Both the position numbers and the translations under genes were made by a program. Positions 15,790-24,130 of a stretch of 38,315 nucleotides of DNA are shown one piece after another (the stretch's first letter is position 1; the number at the start of each line of letters is the position of its first letter). This stretch comes from Vulcanimicrobiota bacterium (GTDB taxonomy: Bacteria > Vulcanimicrobiota > Vulcanimicrobiia > Eremiobacterales > Eremiobacteraceae), in the NCBI GenBank assembly GCA_014304875.1, contig JACRUD010000052.1, positions 1 through 38,315 of the forward strand, read 5' to 3'. The notes under the pieces are model-generated. The model was not told the DNA's origin. It made no database searches and saw only the letters and a list, made by a program, of their open reading frames with translations.

Positions 15790-15794
15790 ACGCG

Positions 15795-16964
15795 TCAGTT
15801 CCCTTCCGCGACCGAGTTCATCAAAAACGTCTGCTCGAATAAAGCGTTCACCCATCCGAAGCGCGAGCGCGTGAAGCGGCGCGGATCGTTCGCATCGAAC
15901 GATTCATGCAGCGCGCCGTCGCCGGCGCCGGAGCCGGCGAGTTCTTTCAGGATCGACCCGCGTTCTTCGGAGTCCGAAGCCGTCCGATACTGCACGACCA
16001 GGCTCATCGGCCATATATAGTTGGCCGGGGTGTGCGCGCTGCCCACGCCCGATGCGAAGCGGCCGCGGAAGTAGTACGGGTTGGCGGAACTGAGGATGAA
16101 ACGTCGCGTCGCGGCGTAGGCATCGTGATCGTACGGGTAACCCAATAGCGGCATCGAGAGCAGGCTTGGGACGTTAGCGTCGTCCATGAACTTGGCATTT
16201 CCGAGACCGTCGATCTCGTACGCATACAGCCGGCCATGACGGGTTTTAAATATGGCGTCCTTCGCGATCGCGTTTTCGATGCTGTCGGCCATGGCGGTGG
16301 CCCGGTTGGCGTCGTGGTCGTTGTGGTAGCGCGTTGAAAACGTATTGGCCATCGAGCGTAAGGTGACGGCGGCGAAGATGTTCTCCGGAATGTTATAATT
16401 GTACAACTGGCGATCGTCGCTGGGCCGGTACGCGCTCCAGATCAGGCCGATATCCGAGGCGGCCTTGCGCTCGTTTTGATGGTAGACGGAACGGTCCGCA
16501 TGCCGCTGCTCGATCGCAAAAACGTTGAGGATCACATGCATCGCGGCATAGAGGCGGCTGTCGAAGACCGACGTATCGTTTGTGGCGCCCACGTAGCGGT
16601 CCACTAAGTGGATGGGATAACAAAGCGAATCGATTTCGAATTTTCGTTCGGCCACGCGGTAATCGCGCGTGAAGGCGTTGGCGTACGGGTCCAGAGCCAG
16701 CAGCCGCTCTTGGCGCGCGATTACCCCGCGCACGAGGCTGCGATCGCTGAGATAGGACATCGCTTGCACGCTGGAATCGCGCAGCCACATTGCGTCGATG
16801 TCGCCGGTGCTGACGTACGTCGTCTTGTCGGGCGCGCGGAAAAAGCACGCGGCGTTGACGTCCGCCGCATGATTGTACACCGACCCGATCGTCGACGATC
16901 GCGCAACGCTTGCGCATAGGACCAAAGCGACGGCACCTCCGGTGAGTTGTTTTAGTATGCGCAT
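15795..16964 (-). CDS. Glycoside hydrolase family 125 (metal-independent exo-alpha-1,6-mannosidase-like), secreted
   Basis: GH125 hallmark TGDIDAMWLRDSS. The ORF track start (17036) would overlap the upstream gene. ATG at 16964 gives MRILKQLTGGAVALVLCASVARS, a signal peptide. The stop lies only 5 nt from the convergent ETF-QO stop. Confidence 0.85.
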   Translation of the reverse strand: MRILKQLTGGAVALVLCASVARSSTIGSVYNHAADVNAACFFRAPDKTTYVSTGDIDAMWLRDSSVQAMSYLSDRSLVRGVIARQERLLALDPYANAFTRDYRVAERKFEIDSLCYPIHLVDRYVGATNDTSVFDSRLYAAMHVILNVFAIEQRHADRSVYHQNERKAASDIGLIWSAYRPSDDRQLYNYNIPENIFAAVTLRSMANTFSTRYHNDHDANRATAMADSIENAIAKDAIFKTRHGRLYAYEIDGLGNAKFMDDANVPSLLSMPLLGYPYDHDAYAATRRFILSSANPYYFRGRFASGVGSAHTPANYIWPMSLVVQYRTASDSEERGSILKELAGSGAGDGALHESFDANDPRRFTRSRFGWVNALFEQTFLMNSVAEGN

Positions 16965-17019
16965 CGCATGAGGAGACCGACGGTACATTTGGTAATAGTA
17001 TCGGCAGCCCGCACGCCCT

Positions 17020-18183
17020 TCACGCCGGCCAGGCATCGATCAGCGGCGCATCGTCTTCCACCGCGATGTGCGCGATCGGGGCTCCGGGGTAGGCGAGCAT
17101 GCCGTCCTCGATGCCCAAGATCCACGCGTCGGTCGACACCTTGACGAAGCCGTCGCCGATGGGGCGGCCCCAGATGTCCTTGAGACCGGCCACGACTCCG
17201 CCGGCTTTGACGAAGCTGCCGGGGCCGACGCAAAAGTCGAGCAGACCGGTGCCGGCCGGATACGGCCCTTCTTGGCGCCGCAAGCGGCGCCCGTGCGGCG
17301 GCTGCGGAATGGCGGCGATCTTCTCCGCCGGTCCGGAAAGCATCCCGGCCCAACGCATGACGTTGCGCAATCCGCCAACCGTTGCGGCGACGGCTTGCTC
17401 GTCGACGATCGTATGCGCCCCCAGCTCCGCGGTCAGCGAAGGCAGACGCAGCTCCTGCAGCGCCGCGCCGGTCGTAGAGCGATGCAGCTCCTTCGCGACG
17501 TACGCCGACGGCGGATATTCGGCCACCACCGGAAAGCCGAAAGCCGCAGCCATCGCGTCGAGCGCATCGGAAAGAGCCGCGGCCCCGGAACGCTGCGCTT
17601 CGTTTCGATAGAGGACGCGATCGCGAATGACGAACGGAACGGAAAGAATCGACGCGCAGTGAAGGTCGATGTAGTAGTCGGCCGTGTCGCCGATCGCACC
17701 GAGAAGCCGTGACGCCAGCCGCTCGTAGACGGTGAGTTCGCTCCCTTCGTCCGCTGCTTTGCGCGCGCCGGGAAAGGTGCGGTTGGGGTCTCGGTCGTCG
17801 TTGTATGGACGTCGCTTGTTCGTGCGCAAGCCGGCAGGATTGAGCGTCGGCAGCGCGACCACCGCTCCACGCAGCGCGCCGCATAATTCATCGTTCAGCA
17901 GCCTGTGCACAGCCGGAATCCCGGCCACTTCGTTCCCGTGGATGTTCGCAGTCAGCCAAAGGACCGGCCCGGGCTCCTTTCCCTGCGCGATGATGACGGG
18001 CAGCGCGTCGGCGCTGCCCGTCGGAAGATCGGCCCCTGGAAATATCCCGTACGTCAAGCGGCCCGGCTCGCCCGAACACGTTCCCACCGTTAACGCCGCC
18101 GTCCGCAGATGCGCCTCCTCGCGACTGGCCAACATCCAAGCGTCACCGCAAAACGGCCGCTGCTTGCGCCGCGGCGGAGCCAT
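17020..18183 (-). CDS. Succinylglutamate desuccinylase/aspartoacylase (AstE/AspA, M14-like) family deacylase
   Basis: 387-aa ORF with PVLWLTANIHGNEVAGIPAVHRLL (zinc-binding HxxE region) and DLHCAS further on. The start is uncertain (ATG 18183 or ATG 18135). Confidence 0.8.
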   Translation of the reverse strand: MAPPRRKQRPFCGDAWMLASREEAHLRTAALTVGTCSGEPGRLTYGIFPGADLPTGSADALPVIIAQGKEPGPVLWLTANIHGNEVAGIPAVHRLLNDELCGALRGAVVALPTLNPAGLRTNKRRPYNDDRDPNRTFPGARKAADEGSELTVYERLASRLLGAIGDTADYYIDLHCASILSVPFVIRDRVLYRNEAQRSGAAALSDALDAMAAAFGFPVVAEYPPSAYVAKELHRSTTGAALQELRLPSLTAELGAHTIVDEQAVAATVGGLRNVMRWAGMLSGPAEKIAAIPQPPHGRRLRRQEGPYPAGTGLLDFCVGPGSFVKAGGVVAGLKDIWGRPIGDGFVKVSTDAWILGIEDGMLAYPGAPIAHIAVEDDAPLIDAWPA

Positions 18184-18218
18184 GCCGTGCTGCGGTCGGC
18201 CCTTACGTTAGTTGCACG

Positions 18219-18249
18219 AAAAAAAATTCCCGCGCGGCGACGAAACGCC
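18219..18249 (-). terminator. Candidate intrinsic terminator after the 151-aa orphan gene
   Basis: The minus strand just after the stop reads GGCG-TTTCGT-CGCC, then GCGCGGGAA, then T8 (A8 on the + strand at 18219-18226). The stem is short and lies 9 nt from the T run, so confidence is low. Confidence 0.3.
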
Positions 18250-18705
18250 TTAAGGACCAAGCCAACGGACAACGGCGACTTGTTCGTCGTCGATGGTCAC
18301 GTTGAGCGCGCCTGAAGGGAACCTGATCTTCGTGGGGCCGTCAGACTGCATGGTGACGTAGAGCACCGATCGTTCGATTCGCTCGCCTTGACGCGAGGTC
18401 TCCCGGATGACCAGAGTGCGGATATCTTGCACGCCCATGTAATCGTACACGATGCTTTCGATGAACGGTGTGGTGGCTCGCGGCGACGTGCCGTCGAGCA
18501 CATCGGCGCGCGCGTGGTCCCGCTCCTGCTGCATCTTGACGTCGATGTGCACTTCGGCGAAGAGACGATCTCCGATGGTCGCCCGGTGAGTGCCGCTCTT
18601 GGGAAAGGCAAGCGTCGGTTCCCACTTGGTGGTCCCGCGACCGAAATCCATGCCGGTGTCGGCCAGCTGGCCGGTATCGTTGGTCCAACGCCTTGATCTG
18701 GGCAA
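18250..18705 (-). CDS. Hypothetical protein (151 aa), no recognisable family
   Basis: TTG start at 18705 preceded by AGGAGAGG, with GAGG 7 nt upstream. The composition is protein-like and not Arg/Ala-rich (KWEPTLAFPKSGTHRATIGDRLFAEVHIDVKMQQERDHARADVLDG...IESIVYDYMGVQDIRTLVIRETSRQGERIERSVLYVTMQSDGPTKIRFPSGALNVTIDDEQ). Confidence 0.6.
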   Translation of the reverse strand: MPRSRRWTNDTGQLADTGMDFGRGTTKWEPTLAFPKSGTHRATIGDRLFAEVHIDVKMQQERDHARADVLDGTSPRATTPFIESIVYDYMGVQDIRTLVIRETSRQGERIERSVLYVTMQSDGPTKIRFPSGALNVTIDDEQVAVVRWLGP

Positions 18706-18830
18706 TGTCTGACCTCTCCTGGGGCGCTTTGTAGTCCTCGCCCTAGGTTATCGGCCTCAACCGGCAATGATGAAGCACGGACCGATGAAGCCTTGGCAGC
18801 CGCTGGCGACCACTCGGCGGACCTTACCTC

Positions 18831-19346
18831 TTAAGGGCGCGGGAGGCATTCGACGACCGTGGCACCGCACCAGCGTTCGTAGAACTTTATCGGACCCACC
18901 GCCGGAATCACGGCCCGTCGAAAACCTCGCTGCTGCAGCGAGTCGAGCGCGCGGCGAAGTACGATCGCGCCGATGTGCTGGCCGCGCATCGACTTATGAA
19001 CGCCCATAGGCCCGAATATGCCGACGTCGTGCTGGGACAGCCATCGCGCCAGCCACCACCAGCGGTGCTCGCGCTGTTCGTACGTCGCGAAACCGACGGG
19101 AGCGCCGCGTTCATCGTTCGCGAACCAGTTCCAGCCGTGTTTGGCCTCATCGGCCCAGATCGAGCGAAACGTGCGGGCGATCCACTGCACTTGGGCGGGC
19201 GTAGCGCTTCGTTCGTTCGCCAGCGAAACGCGTGCCTGTGCAAGCCATTGCTCTTCTTGGGGAGTTGCGAAAGAGCGGCCCTCAAGCTCCACAAGCATGT
19301 TGGTGATCACGCCAATGTTGCAGAACAATAAGAATCGGTGCGCCAC
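18831..19346 (-). CDS. GNAT-family N-acetyltransferase
   Basis: 171-aa ORF with an acetyl-CoA-binding motif A-like segment (GVHKSMRGQHIGAIVLRRALDSLQQRGFRRAVI). The start is uncertain (GTG 19346 or ATG 19298). Confidence 0.8.
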   Translation of the reverse strand: MAHRFLLFCNIGVITNMLVELEGRSFATPQEEQWLAQARVSLANERSATPAQVQWIARTFRSIWADEAKHGWNWFANDERGAPVGFATYEQREHRWWWLARWLSQHDVGIFGPMGVHKSMRGQHIGAIVLRRALDSLQQRGFRRAVIPAVGPIKFYERWCGATVVECLPRP

Positions 19347-19459
19347 CGCGAGGTTGGCTCATTCATCGCCGTGAAAAGAACCGATACTCCAAGAAGAAAG
19401 TCGCACGAAACTTCCGCCGCGCATGCGAAAGCATTTGCGGCGCCGAGAGAGCTTTTCCT

Positions 19460-20737
19460 TTGTCGACCCGCATCGCTTCGACCGGCAACGTGATCTTCGC
19501 GCGCACCTTCGCGGCGTTTCGCCATCGGAACTACCGTCTCTACTTCGGCGGCCAAACGCTATCGCTGATCGGGACGTGGATGCAGATCGTGGCCAGCGGC
19601 TGGCTCGTGCTGCGCATCACAGACTCCGCTTTCTTGCTGGGCGTCGTCACCGCCATGGAGTCCTTGCCGTCGCTTTTCCTCTCGCTGTTCGCGGGCGCTT
19701 TGGCTGACACGCTCGACCGCCGCCGCATCGCGATGTGGACGCAATCGCTGGCGGGCATGCAGGCTCTCGCCCTCGGCATTTTGGTGATCACGCACCACGC
19801 CACTTTCTGGAACGTCTTTTGGCTCGCGCTTTTCGCCGGATTGGTGAACGCGATCGATCTGCCCGTACGCCAATCGCTGGTCTACGACCTCGTCGGCAGG
19901 CGCGACATCCTCAATGCCATCGCGCTTAACTCGATGCTTTTCAACGTCGCGCGGATCATCGGGCCCGCGATCGCCGCCATCATAATCGCGCGCGCCGGCG
20001 AGGCGGTCAACTTTTTCGCGAACGCGACATCGTACATATTCGTGGTGTTCGCGCTAGGCGCTATGCGGCTGAACGACGGAGCGGGCAAACCCCAGCGTCG
20101 TGAGAACGTCTACGATCAGATGGCGCAAGGCGTCCGCTATGTCGTTCACCACCCGTTGCTCGCTCGGCTTTTCGCGGGGATCGTCGTGTTCAGCATCTTC
20201 GGCTTCAACTATATCCTCTTGATGCCGGTGTTCGCTCGTTTCACGCTCCACGGCGGCGCCAACACGCTCGGTCTCCTGCTCACCTGCCTGGGAATAGGCG
20301 CTTTGGGCGGGTCTTTCACGATGGCCGGACGGCGCAAGGGATCCATGCGGACGCTTGTCATCATGGCCTTCGTTTTTCCGATCTCCCTGATCGCGTTCGC
20401 CTATTCACCGACGCTCCTAGTCGCGATCTTCACCGTTATGGGCCTGGGATACGCGATGATACTTTTCGTCGTCCGCTTTTCCACGTTCTTGCAGATCGAG
20501 GTGCCCGACGCGATGCGCGGCAGGGCAATGGGGCTGTACAACACGTGCATGATGGGCCTGGCTCCGATCGGAGCGTTGCAGGCCGGAGCGTTCGCGCAGG
20601 CGCTCGGCGCCGGCCGGGCGCTGGCCATCGGCGCCGCCGTCTGTGTGGTCGCGACCCTCGCGCTGCTTTTCTTCCCCAGACGCACCGTCTCGCAGTCCAT
20701 CGTCCGGACGTCGGCCGGCAGCGGCGCAGCGAGATGA
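19460..20737 (+). CDS. MFS_3 (EntS / transmembrane secretion effector-like) transporter
   Basis: 425 aa with about 12 hydrophobic segments and an N-terminus typical of the family (FAAFRHRNYRLYFGGQTLSLIGTWMQIVASGWLVL). The start is TTG. The TGA stop (20735-20737) overlaps the ATG of the next gene. Confidence 0.85.
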   Translation: MSTRIASTGNVIFARTFAAFRHRNYRLYFGGQTLSLIGTWMQIVASGWLVLRITDSAFLLGVVTAMESLPSLFLSLFAGALADTLDRRRIAMWTQSLAGMQALALGILVITHHATFWNVFWLALFAGLVNAIDLPVRQSLVYDLVGRRDILNAIALNSMLFNVARIIGPAIAAIIIARAGEAVNFFANATSYIFVVFALGAMRLNDGAGKPQRRENVYDQMAQGVRYVVHHPLLARLFAGIVVFSIFGFNYILLMPVFARFTLHGGANTLGLLLTCLGIGALGGSFTMAGRRKGSMRTLVIMAFVFPISLIAFAYSPTLLVAIFTVMGLGYAMILFVVRFSTFLQIEVPDAMRGRAMGLYNTCMMGLAPIGALQAGAFAQALGAGRALAIGAAVCVVATLALLFFPRRTVSQSIVRTSAGSGAAR

Positions 20738-22296
20738 CGCTGCGCCGCCTTTTCAGGCAGGCATGCGCCGCGCTGACGTGCGCCGCTTTGGGCGCGCTTC
20801 AACCATACCAGGCAGCGGCGACGCCGTCATCGGCTTCATTGCTGGCAGCGGCTGCTGGCCAATCACCGCCGACGACAAGCGACGCCGCTTCGCTTGCCAA
20901 GACGGTCGACGCGATCGCACGCCGGTCTCCGATGAGGACCGCCCAGTTGGGCGTCTCGATCGTCCAGGCCACCACCGGCCGCACGCTCTTGAGCCGCTTG
21001 GCCGATAGCGAGTTCGCGCCGGCTTCCAATTTCAAGCTGCTCGTCGGCGCTGCGGCGCTGGCATATCTCGGTCCTCACTTCCGCTACACGACGTCCGTGA
21101 TCGCGCGCGGCGTGATCGCAGACGGCGTACTGAAAGGGGATCTCATCCTGGTCGGGGGCGGCGACCCGCTGCTCTCACGCGATGATCTGCGAGCGGCCGC
21201 GGCCGCCGTCGCGCGCTTCGGGATCAGCAAGGTGGCGGGATCGGTGTTGGGCGATGCATCGCTTTTCGACGGCCAGCGATACGGCGGCGGCTGGGCGTGG
21301 GATGACATGCCCTACTACTATCAACCTCCCATCGAGGCTCTCGCCGTGGATGAGGGTACGGTCGGCGTGACGGTGAGCGCGGGGAAGGCTCCAGGCGATC
21401 CACTAGCGGCGACGATCGAACCCAACGGCAACGTGATGACGCTTGCGGTTCGGGCGCTGACCACGCCCCGCGGCGGCAAAAACGACGTTGATTGTTTTCG
21501 CAGCCCTGGCCTGACCGAGATCATCATCGTCGGCCACTACCCGATAAGCGCAGGGCCGACCACTTTTCGCTGTGCCGTGAACGACTCCACCGACTACGCG
21601 ACCGGCGTCTTCCGCCAGGTTCTGCGCGATGGCGGAATCGGGAGCGGACAAATGCCACTGGGACCGCCGCCAGCCAACGTCGCGCTTGACGTCACGGACG
21701 CAAGCGCGGCACCGCCGCCTCCGCCCGCCCGCTACCCCGGGTCCACCCTGCTGTGGACGCACGACTCCCCTCCGCTGAACCGGATCATCGCGACGATGAT
21801 GCCGCCCAGCGACAATTTTATCGCCGAACATCTGATGAAGACTTTGCCCGTGGCCGCCCTGGGGGAACGCGGCTCGTTTGACGGCGGCGCGCAAGTCGAG
21901 CGGAAGTTCGTCGCCGGGCTCGGGTTGGATCCCGGCACGATCGACAACGGCGACGGCTCCGGGCTGTCGCAAGGCGATCGCATCACTCCCCACGATCTGA
22001 CCACGATCTTGCGATGGGAGACCTTGAGCTTCACCGGCAAGGACCTGATCTTCGCGCTCGGCAGGCCCGGCATCAGCGGAACCGTCAAGCGGCACCTGCA
22101 GGGAACGGATGCGGTTGGACGCGTCTGGGCCAAAGACGGCTACATTTGGCACGTGTCTACTTTTTCGGGCTACGCCTTCACGCGCCGACACGGCTTGGTC
22201 GTGTTCTCGATCATGTTCAACCAAGCCGTCGGGCTGTTGCGGCCCTTTCAGCGGGCGCAGGATGAGATCGTGAAGGCTATTGTCGATATGCCGTAA
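20734..22296 (+). CDS. dacB: D-alanyl-D-alanine carboxypeptidase/endopeptidase, PBP4 (peptidase S13) family
   Basis: The ORF track starts at 20545 inside the MFS gene. ATG 20734 gives MTLRRLFRQACAALTCAALGAL, a signal peptide. Motifs are SxxK (APASNFKLL), SDN (PPSDNFIAEHL), DGSGLS, and KDG in place of KTG (VWAKDGYIWHVSTFSGY). Confidence 0.85.
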   Translation: MTLRRLFRQACAALTCAALGALQPYQAAATPSSASLLAAAAGQSPPTTSDAASLAKTVDAIARRSPMRTAQLGVSIVQATTGRTLLSRLADSEFAPASNFKLLVGAAALAYLGPHFRYTTSVIARGVIADGVLKGDLILVGGGDPLLSRDDLRAAAAAVARFGISKVAGSVLGDASLFDGQRYGGGWAWDDMPYYYQPPIEALAVDEGTVGVTVSAGKAPGDPLAATIEPNGNVMTLAVRALTTPRGGKNDVDCFRSPGLTEIIIVGHYPISAGPTTFRCAVNDSTDYATGVFRQVLRDGGIGSGQMPLGPPPANVALDVTDASAAPPPPPARYPGSTLLWTHDSPPLNRIIATMMPPSDNFIAEHLMKTLPVAALGERGSFDGGAQVERKFVAGLGLDPGTIDNGDGSGLSQGDRITPHDLTTILRWETLSFTGKDLIFALGRPGISGTVKRHLQGTDAVGRVWAKDGYIWHVSTFSGYAFTRRHGLVVFSIMFNQAVGLLRPFQRAQDEIVKAIVDMP

Positions 22297-23125
22297 GCGG
22301 CATCGACCCATCGGCGCCGACCAAGACCGTATCCGCGCGGTCTCCCGATAAAGAGACGATTCGAGCCGCGGCTTGAGATCCGCGATCGCCGGCGAACTCA
22401 GGAGAGCGCGGCTTGAACTGAAAGAAAGTGGACGGGACGCTCATGTAGGCCGTTCCGTTGCGTCGCACATCGAATTGCTGATGGATGTGGCCGAATAAGA
22501 CGCTCTTGACCTGGGCGGCACCATCGAGGATTTTCAAAAGCGGCTCAGCGTCGGCGATCGTCATGGCGTCCAGCCACGCGGAGCCGACTGGCAGAGGATT
22601 GTGATGCATCGCGACGATCGTCGGCGTCAGCGGCGCGGCCTCAAGGGTCTTCCCGAGCCAGATCCGTTGGTCGGAACCGATACAGCCGCCGTCCTGGCCA
22701 GGCACGGCGCTGTCGAGCAATATCAACCGCCACCCACACGTGTCGAAGACCTGCACGAGCTTGGCATGAGGCGCGAGTTCGCGCCCGGCAAACAGCTTCG
22801 CCATCAGCACAGGATCATCGTGGTTTCCGGGAAGGTAGTGGACGGGCGCGCTCAAGCCGTTCAGCTTATCTCGTAACCGTAAGTAGGATTGTCGACTGCC
22901 GTCCCCCGAGCAGTCGCCGGTGACGAGCACGAATTCGGGATCGGCAGCCGCGGCCAGCAGCACGTCAAGCGTTCGATCGAGCATGGCGTCGGGAGCGACA
23001 TCCCACAGCCGCGCCGCCGGATCTTCGAACAGATGCGTGTCGGATATCTGGATGAAAAACGGCTTGCGAGGCGGCACGTCCCTGATTGTCTTGCAGACGG
23101 CAGCGTAGCGTTCCTCCGGCGCCAA
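22277..23125 (-). CDS. Calcineurin-like metallophosphoesterase (CpdA-type cyclic nucleotide phosphodiesterase-like)
   Basis: 282 aa with the full motif set: QISDTH, VTGDCSGDG, LPGNHDD, AMHHNP, FGHIHQ. The start is TTG at 23125. The 3' end overlaps the convergent dacB-like gene by 20 nt. Confidence 0.85.
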   Translation of the reverse strand: MAPEERYAAVCKTIRDVPPRKPFFIQISDTHLFEDPAARLWDVAPDAMLDRTLDVLLAAAADPEFVLVTGDCSGDGSRQSYLRLRDKLNGLSAPVHYLPGNHDDPVLMAKLFAGRELAPHAKLVQVFDTCGWRLILLDSAVPGQDGGCIGSDQRIWLGKTLEAAPLTPTIVAMHHNPLPVGSAWLDAMTIADAEPLLKILDGAAQVKSVLFGHIHQQFDVRRNGTAYMSVPSTFFQFKPRSPEFAGDRGSQAAARIVSLSGDRADTVLVGADGSMPLTAYRQ

Positions 23126-23161
23126 TCCAGGCGGGGCAGCGCTCCTCGTCGAAGAGCAAAA

Positions 23162-24130
23162 ATGATGTCCGCCCTCACACTTCCCGTCGATGATGGAACT
23201 CGCGCGCGATCGCAGACGGCGGAGCTACAGGTGCTAGCGCAGCGCATCCGGGCTCTTGCAAAGCGCAAGAACGCCGTCATCCTGGCGCACATCTATCAGC
23301 GTCTTGAAGTGCAGCAGGTCTCCGACTTCATCGGCGATAGTTTGAACTTGAGCCGCGAGGCGGCAAAGACGGATGCCGACACGATCGTGTTCTGCGGCGT
23401 TCACTTCATGGCCGAAACGGCCAAGCTGTTGAGCCCCGCGAAGCTCGTGCTGCTGCCGGACATGAAAGCGGGCTGCGGCATGGCGGACATGTTGACCGCG
23501 GACCAGACGCGCGATTTCCGCCGCCGCTATCCCGGCCGGCCCTTGGTCTCTTACGTCAACACGTATGCCGAAGTCAAAGCCGAATCGGATATCTGCTGCA
23601 CGTCGACGAACGCGGTGCGGGTCGTGCGCTCCCTGCCCGATCGCGAAATCTTGTTCGCACCGGATAAGTTTCTGGGGGCATTCGTGCAAAAGAATGCACC
23701 GGAAAAGAAGATCATCTCGTGGGACGGCTATTGTCCCACTCACTTCGTCATCCGCCCGTCGATGGTGGAGGCGCGCAAGAAATTGTCGCCCGACGCGCTC
23801 GTTCTGGCGCATCCAGAATGCGCCCCCGAAGTACTGGAAATGGCGGACTACGTCGGCAGCACGCAAGGCATCATGGATTACGCGGCTCGCAGCCATCGGC
23901 GCGAGTTCATCATCCTGACCGAAGCCGGGCTGCTGATGCGCCTGAAGGACCTGCACCCCGACAAGCGCTTTCACTCGATCGCGCCGTGTCCGCATTGCCC
24001 TTACATGAAGTACGTGGAACTGGAAAAGGTCCTCACTTGCTTGGAGCAGGAGCGCACCCCCATCGAGATCCCGACCGACATCATGAGCCGAGCTCGACTC
24101 AGCATCGAGCGTATGATGGCGATCGCCTGA
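23162..24130 (+). CDS. nadA: Quinolinate synthase NadA
   Basis: Conserved NAVILAHIYQ...VSDFIGDSL...FCGVHFMAETAKLL...CGMADM...VSYVNT...ICCTS.NA...HPEC pattern. The ORF track start (22889) is antisense to the cpdA-like gene. Candidate starts are ATG 23162 or GTG 23231, the latter with GGAG 6 nt upstream. Confidence 0.93.
   Translation: MMSALTLPVDDGTRARSQTAELQVLAQRIRALAKRKNAVILAHIYQRLEVQQVSDFIGDSLNLSREAAKTDADTIVFCGVHFMAETAKLLSPAKLVLLPDMKAGCGMADMLTADQTRDFRRRYPGRPLVSYVNTYAEVKAESDICCTSTNAVRVVRSLPDREILFAPDKFLGAFVQKNAPEKKIISWDGYCPTHFVIRPSMVEARKKLSPDALVLAHPECAPEVLEMADYVGSTQGIMDYAARSHRREFIILTEAGLLMRLKDLHPDKRFHSIAPCPHCPYMKYVELEKVLTCLEQERTPIEIPTDIMSRARLSIERMMAIA

Noticed and set aside
16952-17884. 310-aa ORF on the minus strand, plus similar long ORFs at 9055..9828, 21403..22311, 1847..2536, 3520..4161, 23234..23995, 25941..26594, 9746..10669 and 31214..31894
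   Set aside because: These are alternative-frame or antisense ORFs inside well-supported genes. Their translations are Arg/Ala/Gly/Pro-rich with no motifs, the usual artefact of long open frames in high-GC DNA.
23126-23230. Possible NAD+ (nadA-motif) riboswitch upstream of nadA
   Set aside because: Only a weak 5-bp GGCGG/CCGCC pairing is visible. I could not find the tandem-domain layout or the conserved C-rich internal bulge I associate with that motif. It needs a covariance-model scan before any claim.
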